Shown piece after piece: positions 27,169-38,989 of a stretch of 64,000 bases of DNA. The notes under the pieces were generated by a model. It had not been told where the DNA came from and did not search any database. It worked only from the letters and a program-made list of their open reading frames with translations. Origin of the DNA: Octopus sinensis (taxonomy: Eukaryota); the NCBI RefSeq assembly GCF_006345805.1, contig NC_042998.1:70556001-70620000 (forward strand). Direction: 5' to 3'. Both the position numbers and the translations under genes were made by a program. Positions within the stretch are counted from its first letter, which is position 1. Every line of letters starts with the position of its first letter.

Positions 27169-30100
27169 AAGAGAGAGAGGGAGAGAGCAAGAGAGAGAGA
27201 AAGAGCAAGAGAGAGAGAGAGATATGATAGACTGTCGACATCAAGCTGTACCTCGAAATAAAGAGGTCAAATCCTGTACACTATAGATCTCTATTGCAAG
27301 CAGACCTGGACACAATGCAGCAGTGGATGATGGACTGGCAACTCAAGCTGGCTGTGGACAAATGTACCACCATGCATTTTGGGAGGAAAAACCCAGCGTC
27401 CACCTACTCCCTCCACAACACTAGTCTCAAAAAGTCTTCATGTGAACGTGACCTGGGTGTTATTGTCGACAGTGATTTGCGTTGGACAAAACACATCGCT
27501 AAAATTGTCAAGAAGGCTGAGGGTGTCTTGGCATCACTCACCAAATCCTTTGTGAGCCGCTCTCCGGCTATCTATCTGCGGCTTTATATAGCTATGGTAA
27601 GACCTCACCTGGAATTTGCATCACCGGTCTGGAACCCCTATCTTGCCCAGGATATCAATCGTCTGGAAGCTGTTCAGCGACGTACAACCAAAAGAATACC
27701 CTCCATCAGGCATTTGCCATATCCTGAACGCCTTACTTCCCTGGGCATGGACACATTGAAACTCCGACGTCTGGCAGCTGACTTGGCAGACACCCATAAA
27801 ATTATCAACCATCGTACAAACAATAACTCTGAGCACCTTTTCAAACTCCACCCATCTAACACCCGTGGACATATTTACAAAGTAAGAAAACAGCATAGCT
27901 CCCATGACTTCAGGAAACACTTTTTCACGCTGAGAGTTGCTGAAGCATGGAACAAACTGCCGGCATAAGTTGTTAGTTGTCGGAGCACTGCATCCTTCAA
28001 AACTTCCATGCTTCCTGAGATTCGCCAACACTACACTTGATTTTCTCCCCTCCATACACACACAAGCATGTATGACTCATACATTGTTCGCTTTCCAGAC
28101 ATTTCTACATTACTGCATGTACTTTATATGCACTTTCTGACAAGTTGTGGTGCACCTGAGCACTGTATACAATAATTTCATTATTATTATATTATTATTA
28201 TTTAACTTCTACTCTTTTACCATCTTCACTTTTTCTTCGAATGTGTGTGTATGCATGTGTTATATATGTCTAAGCTACACAACAGAGAAATTAAGAATAA
28301 ATAAATAAAGAAAGAAAGAAAGAGAGAAAAAAGAGAGAAAGAGAGAGAATGGCTTGCAGAAAGAGGCGATTTTTATACCATTCTTCAATACACATACAAA
28401 GTTACCTCCCTTGTAAATACAACCGATTCGTGCTATTGTAATTTCTTTCCCGAAGTACTTTATAATTAAACATTTTAGACATTTTTCCCCCACAAAAAAC
28501 CGTTATTCTTTGTCAGTACCAGTAAAATACTATGTCATCAGAATTATACTTCTACTCTGTGAAACAGCAATCATTTGCGATTACTAAAGGGGATAAAGTA
28601 GTAAGAACAGGCAGCAGAAAGAAAGATAAAGGGTAAGAGTTAAGAGTGTGGGAGAGTAAGAGTTGCAAGTCTCATACAACCGAATGAGTGGACGACATAA
28701 ATATTGAATCCAGGTAAAAAAAAAAGTCACTGGAAAAAAAAAGGCACAGGGGGTTTTGTCCGGGGTTGGAGTGGGGGTTGTCCGAGGGGGTTTTGTCCTA
28801 GGGGAGTTTTGTCCAGATCCCATAAATTAATTGAGACTTTTTTTCCTAGCCAAAATTATGGCTTTATTACTGTGACATTTTTTCCCCCTGTGACTTCATT
28901 ACCGGTCACCTAAGTATTGTTTGTATAGTGGACATATAGTGAAGGCGCATGGCTCAGTGGTTAGAGCGCAGAGCTTACAATCGTGAGGTTGTAAGTTTGA
29001 TTCCCGGACCGGGCTGTGTGTTGTGTTTTTGAGCAAGACACTTTATTTCACATTGCTCCAGTTCACTCAGCTATAGAAATGAGTTGCGACATCAGTGGTG
29101 CCAAGCTGTATCGGCCTTTGCTTTTCCCTTGGATAACATCAGTAGTGTGGAGAGGGGAGGCTGGTATGCGTGGGCGACTGCTAGCCTTCCACAAACAATC
29201 TTGCCCTGACATGCACCTAACTTTCTAGGTGCAATCCCATGGCCATTCATGACCGATGGGGGTCTCCTCCACCTATTGGATATATAAAGTTTATCAAAAA
29301 CACTGCCCAAGAAAAACTGCTCAGGTAAGCTAGATAATTGGTTTATCCTTTTTTCTTTAGCAATGAATAACCGTATCAGTAAAATGGTTAAAGCTGCGGA
29401 GAAAGCTTCTTAGATGACTTTGCATTAAGAGGGTCGACTCATGGCTTATTGCTGCTAGGAAGCCGGGACTAGCTGAACTCCGATGGGATCAACCTGGCAG
29501 AGTTGCGGGATCTGATGCTGAATGACCCGAAACTACCAAAAATCCTAAGAACATCATTGGCGATGCATTTCAAAGTGGCTGTAATATGTATTTTGGAACA
29601 AAATCAAACTTCTAAATAACTGACATGCGATACCCTTAACAGATGTTTTCTCTTTTCAGCACGTGGAGCTTATCCCGAGTGCGCGTAAGCGTAGAGTTTT
29701 CCAAGCAATTACATAATAAAACAAAATGAAGGAAATAGAATAAGAAAAGCAATGGTTTGAATAATTAACTCATAAGATGAAAATATAACTCTTAGGAAAA
29801 TTTTGTCGTCTTTTGTAAATTGTTTTCTTCACACATCATGACTAGAATATTAGTTTAATGATATCATTTTTACTGATAACATATTTATTGCAAATATATT
29901 GATGAGAAATAGCTTTTATAAAATCTTGTTTTTAGTTAATAAATCTAATTATTTTCAAAATTTGATTTAACTTAATAAAATTGTATAAGCAACATGAAAT
30001 GTGTAAACAGTAAAATTATAATTGTTGTACCTCTGCGACATTTCCTGATCTTAATCACAGTGGCAAAAGCATATCTTTTTCATTCATGTTGTATGACTAT

Positions 30101-33100
30101 ATAATACTGGAGAACTAGCGGCGAGCTGGCAGAAACGTTAGCACGTCGGACGAATTGCGTAGCCGTATTTCCTCTGCCGTTACGTTATGAGTTCAAATTC
30201 CGCCGAGGTCGACTTTTCCTTTTATCCTTTCGGGGTCGATGAATTAAGTCCAGTTACGCACTGGGGTCGATATAATCGACTTGATCCCTTTGTCTGTCCT
30301 TTCTTTGTCCTCTCTGTGTTTAGCCCCTTGTGGGTAGTAAAGAAATAGAAATAGGTATTTCGTCTATCTTTACGTTCTGAGTTCAAATTCCGCCGAGGTC
30401 GACTTTGCCTTTCATCCTTTCGGGGTCGATAATTTAAGTACCAGTTGTGTACTGAGTCGATCTAATCGACATCCCCCTCCCCCAAAATTTCGGGCCTTGT
30501 GCCTAGAGTAGAAAAGAATACTGTAGTATATATATAATCGCTAGCACGCCGGTTAACATGCTTAGCGGCATTTTGTCTGTCTTTACATTCTGAGTTCAGA
30601 TTCTGCTGATATCAACTTTGCCTTTTATTCTTTCGCAGTCGATAAAACATGTACCAGTTAAATACTGGGGTCGACGTAATCGACTTAATCCCTCCCCTAA
30701 AGTTGCTGGCCTTATCCCAAAATTTGAAAGCAATTTATACTTAATATATATGAAATTTATAATAATATACAATATATATATGATTCGTGCCATGAACATC
30801 CTTTCTTTCGTACCGTTTTGTTTTTTAATTCATTTAGAAATGGATTTTTTTCAGGATTTTTATGTTTTAAACATTATATATTGCATCTGTATGTTAAAAG
30901 AAAAAATAAATTGACAAATTCATTCGTTTTCTATTATTTGCTTTCACCGTTTGATGCTCATCCTAAATTTCTGACTCTAGCTGTAAACCCGAAAATCCTA
31001 ATCTTAAATCCTACCCCGAAACCCTAAGCCCGAAACTTAAAACCCTAAAATTCTAACCCATAACTCTAAAATGTATTTTTTCTGCCAAACTGCTAATCTC
31101 CCATGTTTAATATAACTAATTCAAAAAAATAAAAGTAAAATGTCCCAAAACGAAAAGTTATAAGTAGATGTGTCCTCCGAAACGGAGAATGTGAAAGCTG
31201 GCAAAAAACTTAAAACAAAGAAATTTTAAAACTCTGCTACACAAATAAGAACAAAATAAAAAAAGGAAGTTAGTTGGGATTTATATTGCACAATGCCGTC
31301 AAAGATATATTGTTAAACCCAGTGGTCCATTATCTGAGTGGTAGTCTTGTAATGTAAGGGTCGACAAATGTCAAGAATGTTTAGAATTGTGATTTTCCTT
31401 ATTCTTAGAAAATAATTTTGAAACCGTGATTACAATTTTAAGTAGGACATTAGGTTGTTAATGAGTAAAACTATGACTGATGATGCGTCAAAGTCCAATG
31501 AAGTTTCTTCAGTTCCTTTAGTAATTTTCGTAAAAACTATATACTGGAGGCACTAGTACACACAAGTATGTAAAACCAGGTTCATTCTGGATGGAATAAT
31601 ATAAGAAAATATGGATAATAAACCACTGAGTAAAATTAGCTTCAGTTTCATTAAAATAATTTACTGATTTTTGTTTATATATTAAAGATGATGAAGGAGC
31701 GTTTGTGAAACACCATTCCATAAAAGATGCAGTCGAGAGACGAAAGGTTGAAAACCATTGCTTTGGTGTTGTTTATTTGTAATAGATATCGTTTCGCGTA
31801 GGCGTAACTGTGCGCTTGCGTGTTTGCTTGAGAATGTCACTTCGTAACCAAACTGTCTCAAGATCATTCCATTCAACATCTTCGCTAACAAGCACTTAGT
31901 TAATATATTAAGCTAACATCGTCGAAAATAAGAAATTTTAGAGCTTCCTTGTTTCTACAGCCCTATGAAAATGTAAATTATTGGTTTGCTGCAAAATGAG
32001 ATTATTATGGAACGAAAGTAAAACAGCGGATAGTAAACTGAAGAAGACTTTGTCATTTTTGAAATTTGAACTAGCAAATTACGGAGATGTACTCGCATAG
32101 CAAGTAATTTGATCTGAGACCGTGTGCTGAAACGAAAACAATTGCAGCGTGGAAGGTGTTTATAAGCCATTTAAGAAACACACAAAAGCCGTTCGATTCA
32201 CTTCAACATTTAAGTTTAATTTGTCAAAATATTTTCGTCGCTAAAATCCGCGACCTGTTCACTGACAAAAATCCGTGCTGCAAATATTTTCATTAAATTC
32301 CTAATTAACGTGAGCAAACTATGGCTGTTAATTACTCAGTGATATTAAATATAAAGAGAAAAGTGTTTCAAAGATTAACAGGAAATCAGGTAGAGACAAT
32401 TATTTTCCTGCTAAATTATGGCCATCTTCATAGAATTTGATAGTATATGGTTCAGTGCATAGAGCGTCGAGCTCACAATCAAGAGGTAGTGAGTTCGATT
32501 CCCGGACCGGGCTGTGCGCATGTCTTTGAACAAAACACTTTATTTCACGTTGCTCCATTTCACTCATCTGTAGAAATGAGTTGCGACGTCACTGGTGCAA
32601 AGCTGTATCGGCCTTTGCCTTTCCTTTGGAGAACATCGGTGGCTTAGAAAGGGGAGGCTGGCATGCATGGGCGACAACCTTGCCCGGACTTACGCCTCGG
32701 AGGGTAACTTTCTAGGTGCAATCCCATGGTCATTCATGATCAAAGAGTGTCTTTGCCCTTTTAAGATGAAGATCATTCCAGAAGTTTAGAAATCTTTTCA
32801 GGAGAAACATGTCAAAGAAGTTCAAAATTCTCATCGCATTCAAAGTAGCGCTCAAGCCTCTTCGTAAAGGCGCTACTGAAATTTTCCTATATAATGTCTT
32901 CAAAACGACTGCTCCTGAGGTTCTCCTTCAGCTTGAAGAGCAACAAAAAGTCAAAGGGAGCAAGGTCTGGGGTGTAGGGAGGGTGAGGGACAGGTTTGAT
33001 GCCCATCACCAACAAGTAGTTTGTTACCAGAATGGAATTTGCAGGTTGGTGGATTGTCCAGGTGCAGGTGCCACCGACCCGAGTGGAAGAGCTCTGGCTT

Positions 33101-33904
33101 CTTGCAACGAAATTTGTTCCTGAGCTCCCTCAAAACCTTCACGAAACACTCTTTGTGAACCGTCTTGCAAAAATGAGCCCAGTGGATGTAAGTGATGCCT
33201 TTGCTGCCGAAAAAGGGATCAACATGAGTTTCTTTAGGACTTGCATTGGCTGGTTTCTTCTGCCAGCGAAAAACATGCTCAGCTCATACAGGTTAATCTG
33301 TTAGCAGTGTAGAGCATACCACCAAAGGACAAGTACTCGTTTCATATTTCTGCTCACGATATAGACATATATAGTAAATAACTATTTAAATAAAACACAG
33401 ATTAGAATTTAGCTGTAACGGTAAACTAGTGTGACGACAGCATCATTAGATAATAATTATTGCTTTCAAATTTTAGCACAAGGCCAGAAACTTCAGGGAA
33501 GTGGGTAAGTTGATAATATCGACCTCAATGCTCGACTGGTACTTATTCTATCGACCATGAAAATATGAAAGGCGAAGTCGACCTCGGCGGAATTTGAACT
33601 CAGAATGTGAGGACAGACGAAATACTTATTTCTTTACTACCCACAAGGGGCTAAACACAGAGAGGACAAACAAGGACAGACAAACGGATTAAGTCGATTA
33701 TATCGACCCTAGTGCGTAACTGGTACTTTATTTATCGATCCCGAAAGGATGAAAGGCAAAGTCGACCTTGGCGGAATTTGAACTCAGAACGTAACCGCAG
33801 ACGAAATACGGCTACGCACTTCGCCCGGCGTGCTAACGTTTCTGCCAGCTCGCCGCCTTACTGGGATCAGTAATTATTAATTAATGAGAGGTGTATCTTA
33901 GACA

Positions 33905-33957
<53 letters not shown>

Positions 33958-34191
33958 TTTAGTAAGTTATGTATAAGTAAACATTATAAGAGTTATTATA
34001 AGCAATATAAGTGAGAGAGCCTACTTACCTACCAAAAGGAACTTGTAGATCTGATAATCACTCTCCGATCCGCCTTCACGTTTGTTACACACATCTTTGT
34101 AAACAGATTTTCTGTTTCTGTCACTGTTAATCGAATAATCGATCTTTCTTGGGTGTGATGTGTGTGCGCATTTCATTGAGTCCAAACTCAT
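17472..34191 (-). CDS. Rab27-like: Rab27-like small GTPase, paralog A (5 coding exons, 258 aa), switch-II Gln replaced by Met
   Basis: Manual splice: join(34191-34029,26802-26696,22342-22248,20707-20480,17655-17472) = 777 nt, open frame, all GT-AG. Protein: MSLDSMKCAHTSHPRKIDYSINSDRNRKSVYKDVCNKREGGSESDYQIYKFLLVGDASVGKSSFLNQYIEGKAPSTFIPTIGIDFRNKKLSYKYSYSNAQGSVAVAYHKVCVQLWDTAGMERFHSLTTSYFRDAKGFFLMIDLTNENTFVNAFAWLQKMEEYGPRSGYDVIIVGNKIDLVDRRKISAETLHKFAENHRLPYVETSAKTGINIEESIDMMLHLAIFRHRLSFQKKLIHEEAVPAKLSHSTTRRIKCSCI. G1-G5 motifs present. The long beta2-beta3 insertion and the SLTTxxFRDA and DLTNE motifs resemble Rab27 from recall. Subfamily assignment needs a phylogeny; the start codon could also be the in-frame ATG at 34176. 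Confidence 0.9.
17890..18330 (-). mobile_element. Hero-like (REL endonuclease) LINE 3' fragment in intron 4 of Rab27-like A
   Basis: Translated remnants MKEAHEAKTVKY, GFVGRSLCKAL and AVEKTTRWLWIKRDDPW match the recalled Hero C-terminus. Confidence 0.7.
19556..19815 (+). mobile_element. tRNA-derived SINE
   Basis: Head gtggaggcgcgtggcttagtggttaggg...gtttcgattcc; TSD taagttgctattt at 19543-19555 and 19816-19828. Confidence 0.9.
20060..20377 (-). mobile_element. tRNA-derived SINE, inverted relative to the 19556 copy
   Basis: Same head and core as 19556, different tail (shared with the 38601 copy). Confidence 0.9.
20480..20707 (-). CDS. Rab27-like: Rab27-like A coding exon 4 (FHSLTTSYFRDA...GNKID...ENH-R)
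   Basis: Acceptor tctttttcaatcag|G, donor AG|gtttgt, 228 nt, phase 2 to 2. Overlaps ORF 20404..20697. Confidence 0.95.
22248..22342 (-). CDS. Rab27-like: Rab27-like A coding exon 3 (SYKYSY...VQLWDTAGME-R)
   Basis: Acceptor ctctgttttgcag|TCC, donor AG|gtaggt, 95 nt, phase 0 to 2. Too short for the ORF track. Confidence 0.95.
24707..24926. repeat. 64-bp inverted duplication of a SINE segment
   Basis: Arms 24707-24770 and 24863-24926, four mismatches. Confidence 0.85.
26070..26232 (+). mobile_element. Helitron Rep/helicase fragment
   Basis: Translates to MGGSALPVYGLP...LLRETCFNVDELAEYTADNEPKLL, resembling the region upstream of the Helitron PIF1 helicase (from recall). Confidence 0.6.
26696..26802 (-). 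CDS. Rab27-like: Rab27-like A coding exon 2 (P-loop GDASVGKSS, switch I FIPTIGIDF)
   Basis: Acceptor ttttgccgccag|GA, donor CTG|gtcagt, 107 nt, phase 1 to 0. Confidence 0.95.
27230..28203 (+). mobile_element. CR1-group LINE 3' fragment (RT C-terminus and 3' UTR) in intron 1 of Rab27-like A
   Basis: ORF 27294..27968 (LQADLD...WQLKLAVDKC...ERDLGVIVDSDLRW...YIAMVRPHLEFASPVWNP...TRGHIYK...WNKLPA) with an (ATT)n tail. Confidence 0.92.
28690..28900. mobile_element. Probable non-autonomous DNA transposon remnant with subterminal repeats
   Basis: Repeated ggggttttgtcc units and inverted aaaaaagtcac / gtgacatttttt motifs. A similarly organised gttcac-repeat element lies at ~34600-34790. Confidence 0.4.
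28939..29268 (+). mobile_element. tRNA-derived SINE; related copy at 32442-32755(+)
   Basis: Same core as 19556 and 20377, followed by a third tail type (gttgcgac...aagctgtatcggcctttg...gtgcaatcccatgg). Confidence 0.85.
29360..29590 (+). mobile_element. Hero-like LINE 3' end remnant
   Basis: KAAEKAS remnant followed by 3' UTR-like tctgatgctgaatgacccgaaac...aacatcattggcgatg. Confidence 0.55.
30118..30730 (+). mobile_element. Tandem/dimeric array of the same SINE family (3 units); same dimeric form at 33450-33860(-) and 40372-40752(-)
   Basis: Repeated ttctgagttcaaattccgccgaggtcgactttgcctttcatcc units joined by a shared linker (tttgtctgtcc...cccttgtgggtagtaaagaaata). Confidence 0.85.
30960..31070 (+). 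repeat. Degenerate (CCCTAA)n-like tract
   Basis: aaaccctaagcccgaaacttaaaaccctaaaattctaacccataac. Confidence 0.4.
32800..33300 (-). mobile_element. Mariner transposase pseudogene fragment
   Basis: Frameshifted translation gives WHLHLDN...GIKPVPHPPYTPDLAPFDF...FKLKENLRSSRFEDI (third-Asp motif YSPDLAPxD). Confidence 0.9.
34029..34191 (-). CDS. Rab27-like: Rab27-like A coding exon 1 (MSLDS...DYQIYKFLLV-G)
   Basis: ATG at 34191 follows in-frame TAG (aaatag|ATG). 163 nt, ends with donor G|GTAAGT in phase 1, matching exon 2. SESDYQIYKFLLVG resembles the Rab27 N-terminus DYDYLIKFLALG. Confidence 0.85.
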
Positions 34192-34237
34192 CTATTTGTT
34201 TACGGATGTAGATACAAATAAACAAATAAATTTATGC

Positions 34238-34279
<42 letters not shown>

Positions 34280-34368
34280 GAGAGTTCACGAAAAAAAAAA
34301 AAAGATGAAGACAGGTGGTGTAGAAAACAAACAGATGCATTAGTATAACGCTCGGGAATTGAAGAAGT

Positions 34369-34405
34369 CTTTTACGTTTCGAGCCTACGCTCTTCTACAG
34401 AAAGG
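34369..34405 (-). ncRNA. Minimal hammerhead-like motif with non-canonical core (CUGUAGA)
   Basis: CCUUU-CUGUAGA-A-GAGC-GUAG-GCUC-GAAAC-GUA^AAAG. 4-bp stem I, 4-bp stem II, palindromic ACGU stem III; A6 replaced by U. Confidence 0.4.
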
Positions 34406-35896
34406 GACACAGAAAAAAAAAGTGTGTAGTGGCTACGCGTATACATACAGACATACGTGTATGTGTGTGTATGTGTGTGTGTGTGTGTGGTGTGTGTGTG
34501 TGTGTGTGTGTGTGTACAAGTTACCCTTTTAAAAAGAACAATACTGTTTATGGGGAAGAAAATCAAATATCAACTATGTTCAGTAAGTTTACCGTTCACT
34601 GCAAAGACAGTTCATTGTAAGAATGTTCACTATGAGGAAAGCTCACCACAAGGAAAGTTTACGGAGAGATAAGTTCACAGTAAAAAAAAAATAAATAAAT
34701 AAACCTTATTTTTAATCTCTAGAGTTCACAGTAAATTTTCTTCACGGTGAATTGATGGCGGTGAACTCTCGTGCGATGAATTGATGGCGCTGTAATCAAT
34801 ATCAACATATATTACATGTTACAAATTGTTTCAAACCCGGGTGTCGTCGCCTGTAACGCGGAGGAGAGAAAAATCAATGAATACAGGGGCCTGACCTAAT
34901 GCTACAAAATAGTATTGGTGCAGTATTTCTCATTCTTGTTCCATATCTATAGACGTTAACAAGCATGGATTCCATGCCAAAGTCTGATATTCACGATTTT
35001 TTTGGGGAAAGATACAGTAGAGGCTGTATTTGCTGGAAATTAGAGTGTACCCTGTTAGTTTTCTAATCACACAATCTCACTCTTGAGACATAGGCGTTAT
35101 CTAACCCTTACGTAGGATTTGTTTACCTAACAGCAGAATATGTCCATGCACCAATGGGTTTGTGCGACATATGTCTAGGAAAAAGCTCTCCCTCGATTCC
35201 AGTAAGCTTTAGTCACAAAATCGTCTACTACTTGACCAATATCTGGAGTCCTTAAAAATTACTTCCCGGACCAGAGTGGACCTTGAGAAGTGGTGACGAA
35301 GTGGTAACTCCATGCACCTTAGAGTTCATGAACTCCCGGATGCCGTTTAATGTATTTTCAAGAAAAAAGTTCAATCCACCTAACTACAGGTTTGTATCAC
35401 AGGGGTATATACTTCAACCTAATATGCCATGGTCAAGATACCAGAATACTATCGTATAACTCTACATAATTCCAAATAGGTACCACTGTTAAGCCCTGCA
35501 AGCAGAGCTAAAATTCTGTAAAGTGTTTGGTCAGCTTGCGTTGCAAGAGAGTGTGGCTTGAAAGTGGGGATGTTCTCCCATCGATGGACAACAGTGATCA
35601 TGAGATGACCAGAAATTTACTCCTTCCTGTCACAACAGACCACTGTGCAAAGAAAATTCTAATTTTGAATAATGATTGATGCGTATATTTTAATAGATAT
35701 TTATATGTATGTCATAATTCAGTTTTATTTCAAAATTTCTTCCTAACAGAGAAAGAGTCGGTTCCTAATCTAGATCCAAGGCTCCTTTATTTGAATTTCA
35801 ACAACATCAACACGGTATTTTTGTATATGCGTAAATATGTATACGTGCAGATTTATATGTTTTGTTTTATGTATGCATTCTCATGCATATAGTTAC

Positions 35897-35927
<31 letters not shown>

Positions 35928-35966
35928 TGTATGTATGTATGTATGTATGTATGTATGTATGTATGT

Positions 35967-36349
35967 CTTCCTTTGATTCTGACATGCAATGTCTGTGCAA
36001 GACCCTGCCTCAGTAAAGCTGGACTCATGAGTCATCTTCGTAGTCATAAAACGAGACAGATGAGTGACAACCTGGCCACTGGTGGTGGTGTAACACACCA
36101 TACTAATCATATCTGTCGGGCATGTGGAAGAGAGTGTAATTCGGCAGGAGGACTTAAACGACATGCAAAGGTACATGAAGCCTAGTTACAACTACAGCCG
36201 GCTATTACCAGTAAAGGTTTTAGTTGCCAATTTTGTACAAGACATTGTAGATCTCTAGCTGGGCTAAAAAGTCACATTTGATCACAGCACCAGTAACAGT
36301 TAAGCTTCGTGCAATGGCCATACTCGATAACGAGGGGGCAGCCATAATA
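35967..36349 (+). mobile_element. RTE-clade LINE 3' end encoding three C2H2-like fingers, embedded in (TATG)n
   Basis: CNVCARPCLSKAGLMSHLRSH, CRACGRECNSAGGLKRHAKVH and CQFCTRHCRSLAGLKSHI, then a short 3' UTR; (TATG)n on both flanks. Confidence 0.75.
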
Positions 36350-36420
36350 ATGTATGTATGTATGTATGTATGTATGTATGTATGTATGTATGTATGTATG
36401 TATGTATGTATGTATGTATG

Positions 36421-36487
<67 letters not shown>

Positions 36488-37853
36488 TAGTGAATCAATT
36501 TATCTATCTGTCAATATACTAGCAAACGCAGGCGTGGCTGTGAGGTAAAAAGTTTGCTTTCTAACCACATGGTTCCGGGTTCAGTCCCACTGCGTGCGTG
36601 AAGTGTCTTCTACTATAGCCTCGGGCTGACTAAAGCTTTGTGCGTGGATTTGGAAGACGGAAACTAAAAGAAGCCCGTCGTATATATCTATGTGCGTGTG
36701 TCATTTTGTCCCTCTCCCCACCACTTCACAACTGGTGTTGGTGTGTTTACGTACCCGTAGCTTAGCGGTTCGGTGAAAGAGACCGATAGGATAGGCACCC
36801 GGCCTTAGAAGAATAAATAAATACCGGGGTCGATTCAGTCAACTAAGAATTCAAGACGGTGCCCCAGCATGGCCGCAGTCTTAATGACTGAAAATAGTGA
36901 AAGAAGTAAATAGAGATGTTAACTTCTATCTACTTCCATTTCTCCCTCTGCATATGCATGGTTAGTCATGTTACAGATACAAATAATATTTAGGAAAATA
37001 TATTCACCGTTATGCTATCTCGATCCTTGTTATGTCATCCTGGTCTGACCAAAGCTTGGATTGGAAAAATAATGGTTTTTTTAAACCAAAACACAACACA
37101 CATTTGAAGAGAGATGGAAACGCTCTTATAGCGAACATCTCTTTAATATTGCGTCGACTTTGCTGCCAATATAGTATTCCAACGTCAGAGGATTTCTAAC
37201 ACACAAACAGTTCTAACGTTTCTAAAACGCTCGCTCGTAGAATGACAGCATCTGATAAAATGATTATATGGAATTGGCGCCATTCTCTTTGCTGCAGTAG
37301 TTTCACGAGAAGTATCAGAGACGATAATATGAACAATAGGAATTTATTATATGTATAGAGTGTTGGCAACAGTCAGACCTTATGACAAATGAGATCAGTT
37401 CCTGTAGAGGGAATCAGACTGTCTAACTTTATAAAATGCAACCTGTTAAATGTACGTTAACCAGATTGAGTCTAGGGAGTGAGTGCTTTTGCTGTTTTTA
37501 AACTTCCCCCCTCATTTCTGGGCAAGATTAGCCACACCGCTTGTAACTTTGTCAAAGGTCTTTCTTCTAGAGGTCTAGACCGAACCAAACATCAATCACT
37601 GGTCGAGCAATAAATAATGTCTAGAATGGACATATTTCTCCAGGTGCCGACTTGCAAGTCGACTTGAATTGTTCTAGTTAAAGAATGTTCATGTAACCCT
37701 CTTGTACCAAATTTCTCAATTTCCAAAGAATTTTTTTTTTGTTTGAACTAAGTGTAATACAAATATAAAGCATTAAAGAAACCGAAGACAAACATTTTGA
37801 CTAACGTTAGATATACATATGCGTGTGTGTATATGTGTGCGTGTGTATATATA

Positions 37854-37886
<33 letters not shown>

Positions 37887-38049
37887 TATATATATATATA
37901 GTCAATAATAAAAGGGTAAAATTAATTAATTATTATTTAATTATTTTACCAAGTAGTGTTCAGTATGTAAAAAGACCATTTACGGTATATTTAAAACATT
38001 ACGTTATATAATTAGGGTTCAATAAAACCTGAATCCTAAATATATATAT

Positions 38050-38348
38050 CACCGTGACCGACCAGGCTATTAGATGTTGTTACACATCGCTGGTCACAAT
38101 GCGCTTCGCATTGTTTTAGCCTTCAAATGACGCCACCCCGCTAGCTAAGCGAGCAGGCCAACAGAAGAAAGAGTGACAGAAAGTTGTGGCGAAAGAGTAC
38201 AGCAGGGATCACCACCTCCTGCCGGAGCCTCGTGGAGAATTAGGTGTTTTCGCTCAATAAACACTCACAACGCCCGGTCTGGGAATCGAAACCGTGATCC
38301 TACGACCGCGAATCCGCTGCCCTAACCACTGGGTCATTGCGCCTCCAC
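38050..38348 (-). mobile_element. tRNA-derived SINE
   Basis: Head and core about 90% identical by eye to the 38601 copy; different tail. Confidence 0.9.
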
Positions 38349-38600
38349 AAATATATGTATATATATATATATATATATATGAATGTAGGTGCTAGGTGTG
38401 TGTGTGTGTGTGTGTGTATGTATGTGTATGTATGTACCAGATGTCCACGTAAGCGTTAAAAATATATTCCAAAAGTAATGAGCTAAAGAAAAAGAGAAAA
38501 AAAAACAAGACAAGAGGGACAAGCTTTAACAAATATTGAATTAGCTTAATACCTAAAAGAAGGGAAAGAATCTTAACGTTTCAGACGTTAGATCTTTATG

Positions 38601-38989
38601 GTGGAGGCGCAATGGCCCAGTGGTTAGGGCAGCGGACTCGCGGTCGTAGGATCGCGGTTTCGATCCCCAGACCGGGCGTTGTGAGTGTTTATAGGGCGAA
38701 AACACCTAAGAAGCTCCACGAGGCTCCGGCAGGGATGGTGGTGATCCCTGCTGTACTCTTTCACCACAACTTTCTCTCACTCTTACTTCCTGTTTCTGTT
38801 GTACCTTGTATTTCAAAGGGCCGGCCTTGTCACTCTCTGTGCCACGCTGAATATCCCCGAGAACTACGTTAAGGGTACACGTGTCTGTGGAGTGCTCAGC
38901 CACTTGCACGTTAATTTCACGAGCAGGCTGTTCCGTTGATTGTATCAACCGGAACCCTCGTCGTCGTAACCGACGGAGTGCTTCCACAC
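38601..38989 (+). mobile_element. tRNA-derived SINE
   Basis: TSD agatctttatg at 38590-38600 and 38990-39000. Confidence 0.9.

Noticed and set aside
28406-28482. Candidate first exon for paralog A (MSKMFNYKVL...LYLQG, donor AG|gtaact)
   Set aside because: Ends in phase 2 whereas exon 2 needs phase 1; the exon at 34191-34029 supplies the expected KFLLVG with a perfect donor.
30118-30730. Regularly repeated units superficially like a repeat-spacer array
   Set aside because: Diverged SINE multimers in eukaryotic DNA; no CRISPR-like constant repeat with unique spacers and no cas genes.
19556-38680. tRNA-like sequences at SINE 5' ends
   Set aside because: They continue into SINE cores and tails, several have TSDs, and they lack a complete cloverleaf; not tRNA genes.
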